From assembly GCA_951406725.2 (NCBI GenBank), contig OX597821.1, forward strand, positions 102,196,001-102,444,000: a DNA stretch of 248,000 nt, read 5' to 3'. The notes under the pieces are model-generated. The model searched no databases. It saw only the letters and a program-made list of their open reading frames with translations, and had not been told where the DNA came from. A program made the position numbers and the translations under genes. Below are positions 45,501 to 58,089 of this stretch, one piece after another; the first letter of the stretch is position 1, and each line of letters begins with the position of its first letter. Origin of the DNA: Octopus vulgaris (taxonomy: Eukaryota).

Positions 45501-46882
45501 GAATAATTCACCTCTGGAAACATGGGTGTTTTGTTCATCATCCTTAAAACAAACCTTATTCAAGGACCTTTTGAGCAGGATGCGCTACTCTCATCATCAT
45601 CATCATCCGCTTTCCATGCTGGCATGAGTTGGACGGTGCAACTGGGGTCTGGGAAGCCAGAAGGCTGCACCAGGCCCAGTCTGACCTGGCAATGTTTCTA
45701 CGGCTGGATGCCCTTCCTAACATCAACCACTCTGTGAGTGTAGTGGGTGCCTTTTGCCACCGGCACGTGCCAGACGAGGTGAAGAAAATTCTAACTGGGC
45801 CCCAACTGCAAGGTCATGCGCTGTTTAATCTGATATGAGATCACCATGTTACGCACATATGGTTGTGATGCATGTGCCTGGCATACCCTTATCAGACGGG
45901 TAGTCATGATGGGTATATTGGGCTTTGTATATTTGTACCCCTTGATGGCATGCACTGCTCTCTCACTCAATAATAAATCTCGATTTTAGCACAAGGTCAA
46001 CAATTTTAAGGGGAGGGGATTAGTTGATATCCTTGACCCCAGGAGGTTAAAAGGCTAAGCTGACCTTGGTAGGATCTGAACTCAGAATATAAAGAGCTGG
46101 AACAAAGCATTTCGCCTAACACTCTAATGATTCCATCAAGTAATAATACATACCTGCAGATACTTCTCTGTGACTGTTCTTTCTTCATTTAGGGAAGCCA
46201 ACCAACATATGCCTTCCCATAAGGACAACAGTTGCTTCTTCTGAGACAGTAAATTTTTGTGTGTATTTATATATTCAAAAAATCTAGGAAATATAAATAT
46301 TAAACAATACAATACTTAGATATTAGGGGTGCCAAAAAGTCATGTCGTATTTTCAAGCAACAATTGAAGAGGGTCTGCATCAAATTATCAGAACTTACCC
46401 TGGGGGCTTAATAAACCTTAATCATCTCAAGCAGATTGAAGAAATGAATAGAGAAAGGAAGTGGGTTGTTCACAAAAATAAAACAGTGCATTCAACAATT
46501 TGCTAATTAGGAATGAATAAACATCTTTTCTTAATCAAATTGTAATAGGTGATGAACACTTCATTTCGTGTTGCCTTAGTGCTACATGGGGACTGGCAGG
46601 TCAAAGAATAGACCCAACGTTTCCATTGCATGCCGTAAAAGGTGACTTAAAGAGGTTGAGATAGGATTTGCACTCAAACCTCGTAAAATCTTCAATAGGC
46701 GCAGGAGTGGCTGTGTGGTAAGTAGCTTGCTTACCAACCACATGGTTCCGGGTTCAGTCCCACTGCATGGCTCCTTGGGCAAGTGTCTTCTACTATAGCT
46801 TCAGGCTGACCAAAGCCTTGTGAATGGATTTGGTAGACAGAAACTGAAAGAAGCCCGTTGTATATATGTATATATGTATGTA

Positions 46883-46971
<89 letters not shown>

Positions 46972-48285
46972 TTGTGTGTCTGTGTTTGTCCCCCACCCAA
47001 CATCGCTTGACAACCGATGCTGGTGTGTTTACATCCCCGTAACTTAGTGGTTCGGCAAAAGAGACCAATAGAATAAGTACTAGGCTTACAAAGTATAAGT
47101 CCTGGGGTTGATTTGCTCGACTAAAGGCGGTGCTCCAGCATGGCTACAGTCAAATGACTGAAACAAGTAAAAGAGCAACTACAACCCAAACAAACTAAAT
47201 TAATTAAAGGGTTGCTGCCTATGAGGTGCAAAGTTATTCTCTGCCAGTAGTAGTAGGGAATCACCAACAAATGGTGGATGCAATGACATGCTGTTCTGGG
47301 CTGGTATCAAAATGGTTAAGTGTTTTTTTCTGTCCTGCTATAGAGTTTTAGCTTCAGCTACACAGAATTAGTAAGAGACACTAATCTACAAATCAATTCT
47401 GAATATAACAAGATGTTACAGTCTGGTCCAATGTTTGAGAAATAATTATGAATTAACAGTGAAGATTTTTAAATGTAGATGTAGTTTAACTGTTCTACTT
47501 TATCTCCGTAAGATAATTCATCATTCAGTTGAGTGCTAGTAGGATAGACTACTATATTTTCCTGCATACAAGTTGAATTTTTCAGGCCAAAATTTACAGC
47601 CACAAAAACTTCAACTTCTAAAATTCCATGTGAAATGCAGCAGGATTTGGATGATGTTTGAATGTTTACAGTACATGCTATGTCAAAAATAAGGTATTCA
47701 TCAACGTCCAACCTAATGAGCTATCCCAATTAAGCCTTCCACTACCATATTACTGATGAATTCCACTGTCTCCATTTCAATAACTTTTAAAAATAATGAA
47801 CAATTTGTTAAAATAACTTTGTCCTTATTAAGTTGGTGTTTGGATCATAATATGAAATTTTGATGGAAGATTTTAGAACTTTAAAACAGGCAGTTTGTAT
47901 CATAAAACCAAGGATGGTCTTTGGTAAATTGCTATGAAAATGGCTAAGTCATAAGATAAACAGATGTTTCATTTTCTAAGATAAACACTAGTCAAATATA
48001 CATCAGATGTTCCATTGCTGAACTATTTGAACTGTGATAGACCCCTCAGTTATTTAATTACAATTCCTTAATTTTTATTTTAAAAAATATTAAAACATAA
48101 ATAATTTACCTCTTGTCTTTCCAATCGTCAATTTTTCTGTTTGCAAACATCTCCAGAAAAACATCTATAAAAATGTTAGGAAGAGATGGAAAAAAAATTA
48201 ATTATTGATCTTATTCAGCTTATTTAAGAATAAGGAGCATTTCTAGAGCAAAAAAAGGAAATTTTTCTAGACATACAAATATGCC

Positions 48286-48327
<42 letters not shown>

Positions 48328-48709
48328 TATAAATATAAAACTGTCCAACCCATGCCAGCATGGAAAGCAGATGTTAAACAATGACGATGATGATATATAT
48401 ATATAAATCCATCCATCCATATGTACATATATATCATTCACATTTACAGAAAACAAAAGACGAAGACAGGTGAAGGAATAACAAGCAGGTGTGTTAGTTC
48501 AATGCTTGGGATGAATGGGAAAAGTCTTTGACATTTCAAGTCTACACTCTTCGACAGAAAGGATTGAGAGGAAAAAAAAAGAGAGAGAATGTAAAAAAAT
48601 GGAGAGAGGAAAAAAATGTGTAGGGGATTAATGGTTCAATATGATGAAATGGCCAGAAGAAAGAGGTTGACTATATATATATATATATATTATTCTGCAT
48701 TTCCCTATC

Positions 48710-48750
<41 letters not shown>

Positions 48751-51700
48751 GTATATATATATATATATACACACACACGTGTATAATGATTGATGATGAT
48801 GACTTCAATTGTGGATTCACAGTGCTACAATAGTTTCATGTAAAAAGAACTTCCTTTTTTCAAGGGATTCTCTTTAAAATGTTTGTAATAACTTTGGTCT
48901 TTATTTGGAACACAACATTACTTTCTTTTACGGAAATTTTCAATTTAGATTTCTTTACAACAGGAACTGTGTGTCACAGAACCCGAGGTGGTCGTCAGCA
49001 AGTCGGTATCTAACCCTAACCCTCACTGCTGTTGGTACCATATGAAAAGCACCCAGCACACTCTGTAGAGTGGTTGGCATAAAGAAAGGCATCTAGCCAT
49101 AGAAACCATGCCACAACAGACAAATGGAGCCTGGAACAGTTCTCCAGCCTTGCCAGCTCCTGTCAAACCGTCCAACCCATGCCAGCATGGAAAACAGACA
49201 TCAAATGATGATGATGATGAAATAAAATGTGTTAATGACTCTACTAGGATTTGAACCCATTTGCCATAGACTAGAGGTCCATCAACTCCACTATTTTATT
49301 TTGAGAGGTTAAATATAAGAAATTAAACATAAAGGTGCCTTACCTGAAGGGTTTCTCTCAACAGACGGGGGATCTAAGTTTAGAAATTGCTTGTTATCAG
49401 AGGATGACAATGAGTGCTTGTTCTGGCCAAAATACTGAGAAATAAACTCAACATGTCTCAAAAGTTCTGGAGATTCTTCCTCCAAAGTGTTTGTACAAAT
49501 AAGTTTTGGAAGAAGAGAATGGAAAACGTCACTACATTTATCAACAGAAAATATGTCAAAATCTTGTAAGGGTTTTGGATTTTCAAGGTCTGCTCTCCAT
49601 TTTAAATACAAATAAATGTTTTCTATGAGCAGTCTGGGATCTGGAGCTGTAGAAATGCAGCTATTAAATTCAAAAAGAGATGGGATTTTCTGAAAGAACT
49701 CATTTACAGAGCTATCCATTTCCATAAGTGATTCTAAATCATTTTCCTTTTGTAAATACTGGGATACATTTTGCGCAACATCAGGATATGCCATCTCTCT
49801 CACTTCTTGTACAGCCATGTCATTCATAAGATCAATAAGCTTGATGTGAATATCATAGTGTGTGCTGCAGAAGGCCACCCAGAGACATGTGAGATGAAAG
49901 AAAAGACCATCAGTCTGAGAAGCATCAGCAATGCCAGGATTTGGTTTAGATTCTGTAGAATGACAAGTGGATAATAACAGTAACTCTTTGAGGCATTGAA
50001 GAATTTCATTTAATAAGTTGGGATTGGCATTCATCACATCGATAAAAGACTTCAGCTTGAGGCTTTGCAGAAAACATGATGTAGCAAACTTTCTTTTGAT
50101 TAAGGGTTGTGAAACATCAAGGATAACTTCTGGGAGACATGTCCTGACAACCATCATTGTAACAGAGGAAAGCAAAGGGATGTCTTTTAATGATTGAGGC
50201 TCCTCCAGACAATACTGTAACATTTTTCTAATAAGACTGTGAACATCAGCTTCATCCAGCAGAATAAGGTTCTGAAATCAGAATATTAATAAATTATTAC
50301 TATTATTGTGAGTGCTACGCTGCTGCCGCCATTGTCATCATCTTCAACTTTGAGATGGCTTCAATGGCTGAATACCCTACCTAATACCAACCACTTTCCA
50401 TTGAGTATTCAATGCTTTTGTTTTCATGCAGCTAGTATTAGCCAGGCCAACAAATAACTTGCAACAGAAGTTGGGCCTTCGTAAGTGTCAACTAAGGAGT
50501 GGGGAAGTGTTTAAGAGGAAGAGGTGGTTTTATACCAGGTGTTGAAAAGTTTAAGTATGATAGAGGGACAAACACAGGTGCCTAGCTATAGAGGAGATAC
50601 ATAGCTACCCAACATTATATAAGGGTGGATGGGAGTAGCTGGAAAGAAAATGGAGATGATGGTGACAAGATGCCAGAGCTTTTTAAGATAAAAATATATG
50701 TGTCTAAGAGACAAGCCCTTTGGCGATATGCTGTGCTTGAGAAGACTCATCAAGCCAAGTGAAATCTTAGTTGTGACCAATGGCAGTGTCATGTAACTGG
50801 CACCCATCACCATCATCATCATCATCGTCATTAAGGCAGTGTGCTGGCAGAATCCTTAGTGCACTGGACAAAATGCTTAGCAGCATTTCTTCCAGTTTTA
50901 CATTCTGACTTCAAATGCTGCCAAGGTTTGCCTTTCATCATTTGGGGGTGGGTGGGTTGGGGGCGGGGGTCAATAAAATAAGTAGCAGTTGCACACTGAG
51001 GTCAATGTAATCAACTAGCTCCCACCCTCCCCAAAATTTCAGGCATTGTGCCAAAATTAGAAAGCATTATTATTATTATCCTTTCCTTTTAATTTTGTTT
51101 CCATTTCTTGCTGAGTGTCTTCCTGACATCTAGGGCAAAGAAACTCATTGTATACATTGATAGGCCATTATAATAAACACAACAGATTGTTCATTTACAA
51201 AATCAGGTGATAGGAAAAAGGGGGAAGAAAGACATAATTATTATCATTGTTATTATTAAGAAAATGGCAAACTAGCAGAATCATCTGTGCACTCGACGAA
51301 ACGCTTAGCAGCATTTCTTCTGGTTTTACATTCTGCTACGGTCGATTTTACCTTTCATCCTTTCAAGGTCAACAAAATAAGTACCAGTTTCACACTGGGG
51401 TTGATGTAATTGACTAGCTCCCTCCCGCCAAATTTCAGGCTTTGTGCTAAAATTAGAAAGCATTATTATCCTTACCCTCATATAATATCCTTCCCAGTTG
51501 CAGCTTGTCACTAATTCAAAGTACACAACAGGAGAAATGTGTGGCAATACTGTCTGAGCAATGGCCAGCAAATCTGTGTCCTTACAGACATTCTCCTCCC
51601 GTAACTGATTCCATAGAGACTCTTCTTCCAGTTGTTTGTGAGCAATTAGTTTCAGGAAGATAACTAAATGTAAAGTGAATCGCCAGTGTTCTTTTGTAAA

Positions 51701-51823
51701 ACCGGAATCGTTGTCTGCCATCAAACCATTGCATACTTCATTGATTGTGTCAACAAGTACAGGACTGAACTGTTGACAGCATTTCTTGGAAAGTGAAGAA
51801 AGATCTTTATTTGATTCTTTAAT
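29258..51823 (-). CDS. GEMIN4: Gem-associated protein 4 (SMN complex), multi-exon; 5'-most exon not resolved
   Basis: Phase-consistent GT-AG exons: 51823-51476, 50271-49344, 48164-48110, (one unresolved near 47.5-47.7 kb), 46240-46154, 44802-44629, 43397-43290, 41072-40896, 39106-38734, 36791-36697, 35710-35653, 35447-35320, 32777-32645, 30572-30457, 29719-29258. Collinear similarity to remembered human GEMIN4, e.g. WLKEEIKSLDWTVKFRLRKLL vs [21 protein letters not shown], and FLKHLLHQKQLVVPCQANFLPVVPFFDI vs [28 protein letters not shown]. Confidence 0.85.
30457..30572 (-). CDS. GEMIN4: GEMIN4 exon
   Basis: attttag|GT...AGA|gtaagc; phase 1 in, phase 0 out. Confidence 0.7.
32645..32777 (-). 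CDS. GEMIN4: GEMIN4 exon
   Basis: ttttcag|CTA...ACAG|gtaagt; LIPNLLSSEC...VPFFDIT. Confidence 0.85.
35320..35447 (-). CDS. GEMIN4: GEMIN4 exon
   Basis: ctttgtag|AT...CAG|gtgagt; ends VCLALAQ (human FLVALVQ). Confidence 0.8.
35653..35710 (-). CDS. GEMIN4: GEMIN4 small exon
   Basis: ctgcag|GTG...TGTG|gtatgt; restores the phase between its neighbours. Confidence 0.7.
36697..36791 (-). CDS. GEMIN4: GEMIN4 exon
   Basis: ttttacag|GA...GAT|gtaagt; contains the LDWTV motif. Confidence 0.85.
38734..39106 (-). CDS. GEMIN4: GEMIN4 exon
   Basis: ctccag|CCA...AAG|gtgagt; EILRIYILPHL and LLQFCYALNDCTEFW match GEMIN4 segments. Confidence 0.8.
40896..41072 (-). CDS. GEMIN4: GEMIN4 exon
   Basis: ttttcag|ATG...ACA|gtatga; ends QQNTFIKLLQQLLT, resembling EEKQFLELLNCLMS. 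Confidence 0.8.
43290..43397 (-). CDS. GEMIN4: GEMIN4 exon
   Basis: ctttcag|ATT...AAA|gtaaga; 36 codons. Confidence 0.8.
44629..44802 (-). CDS. GEMIN4: GEMIN4 exon
   Basis: tttcaag|GTG...AAG|gttaca; VLLNAFASLPSFLQDDII...FTMELNKLTE. Confidence 0.75.
46154..46240 (-). CDS. GEMIN4: GEMIN4 exon
   Basis: gtctcag|AAG...CAG|gtatgt; KKQLLSLWEGICWLASLNEERTVTEKYLQ. Confidence 0.7.
48110..48164 (-). CDS. GEMIN4: GEMIN4 small exon
   Basis: tttatag|AT...AG|gtaaat; DVFLEMFANRKIDDWKDK, phase 1 in. Confidence 0.65.
49344..50271 (-). CDS. GEMIN4: GEMIN4 exon (928 nt)
   Basis: tttcag|AAC...TCAG|gtaagg; contains the 304-aa ORF. Confidence 0.85.
51476..51823 (-). CDS. GEMIN4: GEMIN4 exon
   Basis: ttctag|ATT...AGG|gtaagg, 116 codons; TDLLAIAQTVLPHISPVVYFELV resembles [23 protein letters not shown]. 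Confidence 0.8.
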
Positions 51824-53329
51824 CTAGAACAGAGAAAAAAATAAGAAAAAATTAGCAACACTTGAAAGTAATTCAGAAATTTTTTACTGCAGAAAATTAT
51901 TTTTATTATTTTAAAAGTGAGAGCTAGCATATTACTCTTATTAATATTATTATTACGCTCCGAGTTCAAATTCCACTGAGGTTGACTTTGCTTTTCATCC
52001 TTTAGAGATCGATAAATTAAGTACCAGTGAAACACTGGGGTCGATGTAATCGTCTAGTCTCCTCCCAGAAAATTTCAGGCCTTGTACTTTTAGTAGAAAG
52101 GATTATTATTTCATTTAAAACCAAATGCCTTGGATGAAAATTCATATAATTCATGTTACAGGTACATTGGCTTTAATGGTCATAGGGAATAGATAAATAG
52201 TACAAGACAGCTGTCTAGTCGTGTTCGTTATCATAACATTTCTGATGAAGAGATTTAACATTTTATTACAGTGACTCAGTTTTCAAGCTAATGTGTATTT
52301 TTTGCGTATATATGTTGGCCAGAGGTATAACTCTCCTTTCATGTACCATGGTGATTATGGACCTCTATGCTCTCCTGTCCCAATCACAACTTAGCAAGTC
52401 TTAGGCCAGTCCTGATGAAAATGTATTTATTTAAAAAAAGAAAAACAGTATAACAAATAACAATAATTGTGTCAGGATTTAAGCAAAATTTTAAGAGGAA
52501 GAGGCTAGTTGATATCATGGACTGAAGTACTTCACTGGTATTTTATTCCATCGACAATGAAAGAATGACAGGCAAAGTTGATCTAGGTGGGATTTGAACT
52601 CAGAACGAAATGAGCCGGAACATATACCACCAAAACATTTCTTCTGACGCTCTACCGATCCAGTCAGTTCCTCATAAGACATTCGTTTTTTTTTTTTTTG
52701 TTTTTTTGTAAAATAAGAATACTGAAAATTATTTTAAAACTAAGTTGTACTTTTGCCGTTTCTATTTCGCATAAACTTAAATCGGGCAAAATTTTGTAAA
52801 CAATTCACACGTGTTGTTCGAGCGGTTAATTTTGTGTAAATAAAGTAATTGTTTGTTTTGTAGACAGATTTATTTAAACTTTAGAAACAAATTCTCCATC
52901 TTCTTCAATATCATATTTCTTTAATCAAATTATATGCTTTTCAACTTTTGATAAAAAATTTTAAAAGTAGTCAAATCTTATGTAAAAACTATGAAGACAA
53001 CCAAAGAGGATAAACGATAACAGCAAGGCAGAAGAAGAAGAGCAAATAACATCAAAATAATGATTTGGGAGAATAAACAAAATCTATACTCAACAAATTT
53101 CTCAAACAATTTAAAAGTGCTTTGCAAAACAGCAAATTCTGGCGAATATTTCATATTTAACTTCGCACAGGAATGAAAATTCTTATCAGAACATTTTTAA
53201 GAGAAGATATTTTAAGGTGACACCGATAAGGGAGACAACTGTGTTACGACTATTTGTCATTCTGGTGATGCGGTTTCGATACTCAGTGGAAATTGCTTTA
53301 CTTTTGCTATCTATACAATGAATGTCACA

Positions 53330-53720
53330 ACTATTCATTAGCCTTTAATATTGGGTACACCCTATTCAAGTGTGCCCCTTCCGACTCCATTTCCTCATAA
53401 CTTTCAGAATAATGGTTATTTAATGAAATTTTCTACAAATACTTTTCAGATGGTGTAGATAACGTTTATATCGGAATTTAATGTGGGGGAAAAAAAGAGT
53501 CTGCGCGCACACAAACATACTGACACACAATCACAATTTTTTCAAAATTTATAGTTTGTATGTGTGCACGCCCGCCTTGCTTTTTCTTTTTTCGCGTTAA
53601 ATTGCGATATGATCGTAATCCACACCATCTGAAAGATATTTGTAGAAAATTTCATTAAAGAACTAATTTTTCTGAAAGTTATGAGGAAATAAAGTTTGTG
53701 GTGAGGAAGTGCACACTTAT
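53330..53720. mobile_element. Palindromic MITE-like element
   Basis: cctcataactttcagaa...attttctacaaatac...tttcagatggtgt is mirrored by acaccatctgaaag...atttgtagaaaatt...ttctgaaagttatgagg. Confidence 0.6.
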
Positions 53721-54574
53721 GTAGGTATGTCTAATATTGATCTAAAATTATAAAAACAAAAGCTAGTAACCATACCTACAGGGGTAGCATGAACGGCAAT
53801 ACGTTTTTGTAGAAATAGTGGAACATCGAGAGGGTAACTTTATGGCGTTTGATTCTGTATATGTTCAGAGTTCAAGCTTTACAAAGGGTGACATTTTTTT
53901 CAACCTCTTATTCTTCCTGGGACAATTACTACTACTAATAATAATAAAGCTAAAGTGAAGATCAAATAAATAGTGCGTGTGTTTAATTGGCTAAAGATGA
54001 CCGTCCCCAAGCATAACAAAATGAGTACTATTCACGTATTAATCACCTCACTTCTTCGCTACGAATATTTAGTATTGTTTTAATGTAAACAATTTTCATT
54101 TGAATGGAAATTTTGTTTTCATAATAAAACACATTGTTAGGTTTGTACCACCCCCTTGAGACCCAACTACATTCTACCTAAAAAAAAAAATATAGGTAAT
54201 ATAAATGTCCTAAATTCAGTGGCGGCGTTAATGAAAATGTTACGCTTTAATTTAATGTCTTAAACTTATCTTTATTAATTTGTCTCGAATTATACATAGA
54301 TATATATAACATTTACACAGATATAAGAGTTAGAACTTGTGATCCGCCCGCGGACCTTTTTCTTTGGAAATCTTTGCCCGCCGCACTGAAAGGTTTCCCC
54401 ACCCCTGCTGTAGAACATTGTCATTTTATAAGGTTTTACTGGCAAATTCTTAAATTGACATAAGCATTCATTTACATGAAAGAAAATTATCGGAGAACTT
54501 TCATCTAATTCTTCCAAATCTTTCTGTCAAAACTGTATTAAAACCATTCGTTGGGAATCTTTTTATCACACACC

Positions 54575-54800
54575 ACAAGGTTTAACGGAACCTACTGAAG
54601 CAAGCCAGCACGCTCGCAGCATTACCACGGGCGATGGCGAGGCTAAGGCGTTTAGAAAGCCAAGTGACCTCGTGGGAATCACCTGACGCATCGGTTGGGC
54701 GAGCTGCCAACGTTGATAATAACTTTGCGATTAGTGGCCCTGTCCCTCCGCCACAGGTTGGAAACCAAATGACCAAATGCGCTCGCAGTTTTTCCACAAT
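54575..54800 (-). mobile_element. 3' fragment of a CRE/RLE-clade non-LTR retrotransposon
   Basis: Translation ...GDSHEVTWLSKRLSLAIARGNAASVLACF matches the xRxSxAxxRGNAASVL terminus of restriction-like-endonuclease elements. Confidence 0.7.
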
Positions 54801-54941
54801 AAATTGCTAGGAACACAAGGCAGGGCACACAAACAGATGACCTGTACAATGAAAGACTGTTAGGACAGATGAGAGACAATTTGTTGCTGCAACTGGAAGC
54901 ACTCCGTCGGTTACGACGAGGGTTCCGGTTGATCCGATCAA

Positions 54942-55312
54942 CGATCAACGACGACGAGGGTTCCAGTTGATCCGATCAACGGAACAGCCTGCTCGTGAAA
55001 TTAACGTGTAAGTGGCTGAGCACTCCACATACACGTGTACCCTTAACGTAGTTCTCGGGGATATTCAGCGTGACAAAGAGAGTGACAAGGCCGGCCCTTT
55101 GAAATACAGGTACAACAGAAACAGGAAGTAAGAGTGAGAGAAAGTTGTGGTGAAAGAGTACAGCAGGGATCACCACCATCCCCTGCCGGAGCCTCGTGGA
55201 GCTTTAGGTGTTTTCGCTCAATAAACACTTACAACGCCTGGTCTGGGAATCGAAACCGCGATCCTACGACCGCGAGTCCGCTGCCCTAACCACTGGGCCA
55301 TTGCGCCTCCAC
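54942..55312 (-). mobile_element. tRNA-derived SINE family D (full length)
   Basis: Head ggaggcgcaatggcccagtggttagggcagcggactcgcggtcgtaggatcgcggtttcgattcc with A and B boxes; other copies at ~42.7, 108.9-109.2, 118.8-119.0, 125.2-125.4, 135.2-135.5 and 143 kb. Confidence 0.8.
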
Positions 55313-55897
55313 GGTTGCTGCAACAAGCTTCAGGTAACACAATATCACTGTCACTACAAGAAAAATAACCCTAAATTTCTGACCCTCACACTGGTTCTCT
55401 TGACTTGCTTGAAAATAGCAGCCAAATCATCATATCGCACTATATTGTAAAGCGTATCTATGTGTGTGTATGCACGTGTGTGTTTGTGATGAACTGGAAG
55501 AAATGGGGCTCAGCATCACATAGGTGGATAAATATTCTTTTAATAGAGATCAATGGTCCGACACCAAAGGTTTCGTGAGAAAATATTTGCAGTTATTCAT
55601 TCGTTCAAAGAATGTTTGTCAACTGCCATTTAAATGGTGAGAATGCGACACTATATTTTGTAAAATTACGGCAGAGATGTTAGCAACCACAAACTAGGAC
55701 TGAAGAAAGTAAATAGTTATGAAGGGAGATAACCTTTCGCTGACTACAGCATTGGTTGTTTCCCTTTACTACAAGAATGGATTATGTCATCATGCTGAGG
55801 TAAACATTAAAATTTACTAGTGTAGGATCACTCGTTACTGGAATATACGACAACGCTGAAAGAAGGCGACTTAACAGAATAATGAATTACTTTATTG

Positions 55898-56298
55898 GGA
55901 TCTTTTCGGTTTTTTAAAAATAATCTTCACGTAACTAAACACTTTTAAACTTCGTATACTGGTAGAATGTGTTTATAAAACATCTTTTTCTCTTGGCTTT
56001 ATTGAGAAAATTCTATAGTTTGTAAGATTTCTTCGATTTCTGCAATTTCAACCAATCAATGACGTCTATTTGAGGTGAAAACATTCTGTGCCGTATGAAT
56101 ATGTCCCTCGTTTAAGAAACAGATTGGGTTTATTTACATTTCTGAAGAAAAAAAGATACCCTTCCTCCACCTTTAACCCTAACTAACCCTAACCCTAAAA
56201 CAGATTGAAATGCAATAGATCGATACTAGGGTCATAATTATGAGTGACAATTTCATATGACACCACTAGAAAAACTGCCGTTCAAACCGAAAAGATCC
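55898..56298. mobile_element. ~400 bp MITE with GGGATCTTTTCGGTTT terminal inverted repeats
   Basis: TIRs at 55898 and ~56283-56298; a second near-identical copy in the opposite orientation lies at ~158590-159000. Confidence 0.75.
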
Positions 56299-58089
56299 CT
56301 TTATTGACCTTAAGTGAAGGAGTTATGAAAGAAAAAAGTTTGGAAAACAATGACCATATTGGTGAAATTACACTTGATATTGTTATTGTTTTGTTGATTC
56401 TGAGGAATAGCGAAGGCATTATGAACCTGGACAACCCACACCATCTTATACTCGCAGTCTGCATTGGACTTGGATATGCTATGGATGAGTGAATAGCTGG
56501 AGGCAGTGAAGGGGAAAAAGGGGGCTGGTAATATCCAGACAGATGAAAACTGGCACTCTGCCAGTTATGATGATGAAGGTTCCAGTTGATACGTGTACCC
56601 TTAACATAGTTTCCAGGGAGATTCAGTGTGACACAGAATGTAACAGGACTGGCCCTTTGAATTACAGGTACAACTCAATTTTGCCAGCTGAGCAGACTGG
56701 AGCAATGTGAAATAAATTGTGTTGTTCAAGGACATGATGCACCACAGGGTATTGAACTTACGACCTTAAAATCATGAACCAAACACCTCAAACCCCTAAG
56801 CCACATACCTTCACTGCTAAAACAGATACTGAGCAGAAGATATGGCTGTCCAACCTTGAAGCAAGTTTCACTAACTTCTGGCCAGTGTCATAAAGATGAT
56901 GCTGCAGATGAATCCCATACATGAATAAATGGCAGCATCAGGTTCATTAAGATGTCCTGACTGGAGATAGCATGGTTTGTGTCTCAGTGGAAAGAGAAAT
57001 TTCAGATGAGCAAAGCAGTTCTTCAACAGAAAAAAGTTTTAATGAGAATCAATCCAATGCAATCTGTCGGTCATCTTTGTCAGGTTTTCTTGTTTGGATT
57101 CCAGGTACTTTTAGACAGCGTTCAAATAAATCAGTAAGCTGAGAATATAGATATCATCCCTTGTTATCAGTTGCAGCTCAATCAAGACAGATCAAATACT
57201 GTTTACATCAGTAAAATGGCTTCTCTCATAAGTTGTATGTATCACTTCAGAGTAAATATGAGCAGGTTTTCTTGAATCCAAAAGGCAATGGAGCTGGAAT
57301 ACTGTTGTGGAGGTTATCTGTGACAGACTCATCTGGACTGCCCAGTGTTGTATCATTCAAGTACCACACATTGAACATTTCTCCATTCCAAATTTTGTCA
57401 TTCCTCATATCCATTACACAGACAACATTCATTTTAGCCATAAAACAGTTGACTGATAGACATAGGTAATATACCAGTGCCACATAAATAGCACCTGTAC
57501 TCCTTTGTGTATAAAGCACCCATTTTCCATGCTAACACGGGTTGGACAGTTTGGCAGGAGCTGGCTGTGGTGTATGTGAGAGATTCGAAATAAAGGCACC
57601 TACCTTCTCTTTGCTCAGATGGAGACCCTTCAGCGGTAATGGATCCTTCAACACAGCCCGACCCAAACGCTAGAAATAGCAGCTGCTTCACCCAACCTTA
57701 ACAACGTGCTGGCCCGTCTTACTTGCTCGGCGACCACGCTCGAAAGGGCAGAATCCTGCCCTACCTGCGTGCACGTCACTGTTACCCCTTCCAGTCAGCC
57801 CCAAGTTCCGGTCAGCTCCCCAGCTGCTGACGTCATCCCACACTGGCAAAACCAGGAGACACACCAGGTTCCATTGTCTGTTTTGGTTTGGCTTCTACAG
57901 CTGGATGCCTCTCCTAAGGTGAACCACAGGAAAAATGGAAGAAGTTTTTGACGTTTCAAGCTTATGCTCTTCTACAGAAAGGAATGAGAAGAGAAAACAG
58001 ATGGAGAGAGAAAAAAAACATGTCTGGATTAACAGTTGAACATGTTGAGTTGACTCATCATCATCATCATTATTGGTCAATGTCTGCTT

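Noticed and set aside
47469-47712. ORF as a definite GEMIN4 exon
   Set aside because: The acceptor phase fits, but there is no convincing donor and no recognisable similarity; left unresolved.
56165-56195. Interstitial telomeric (TAACCC)n
   Set aside because: Only 2-3 imperfect units, inside a MITE.
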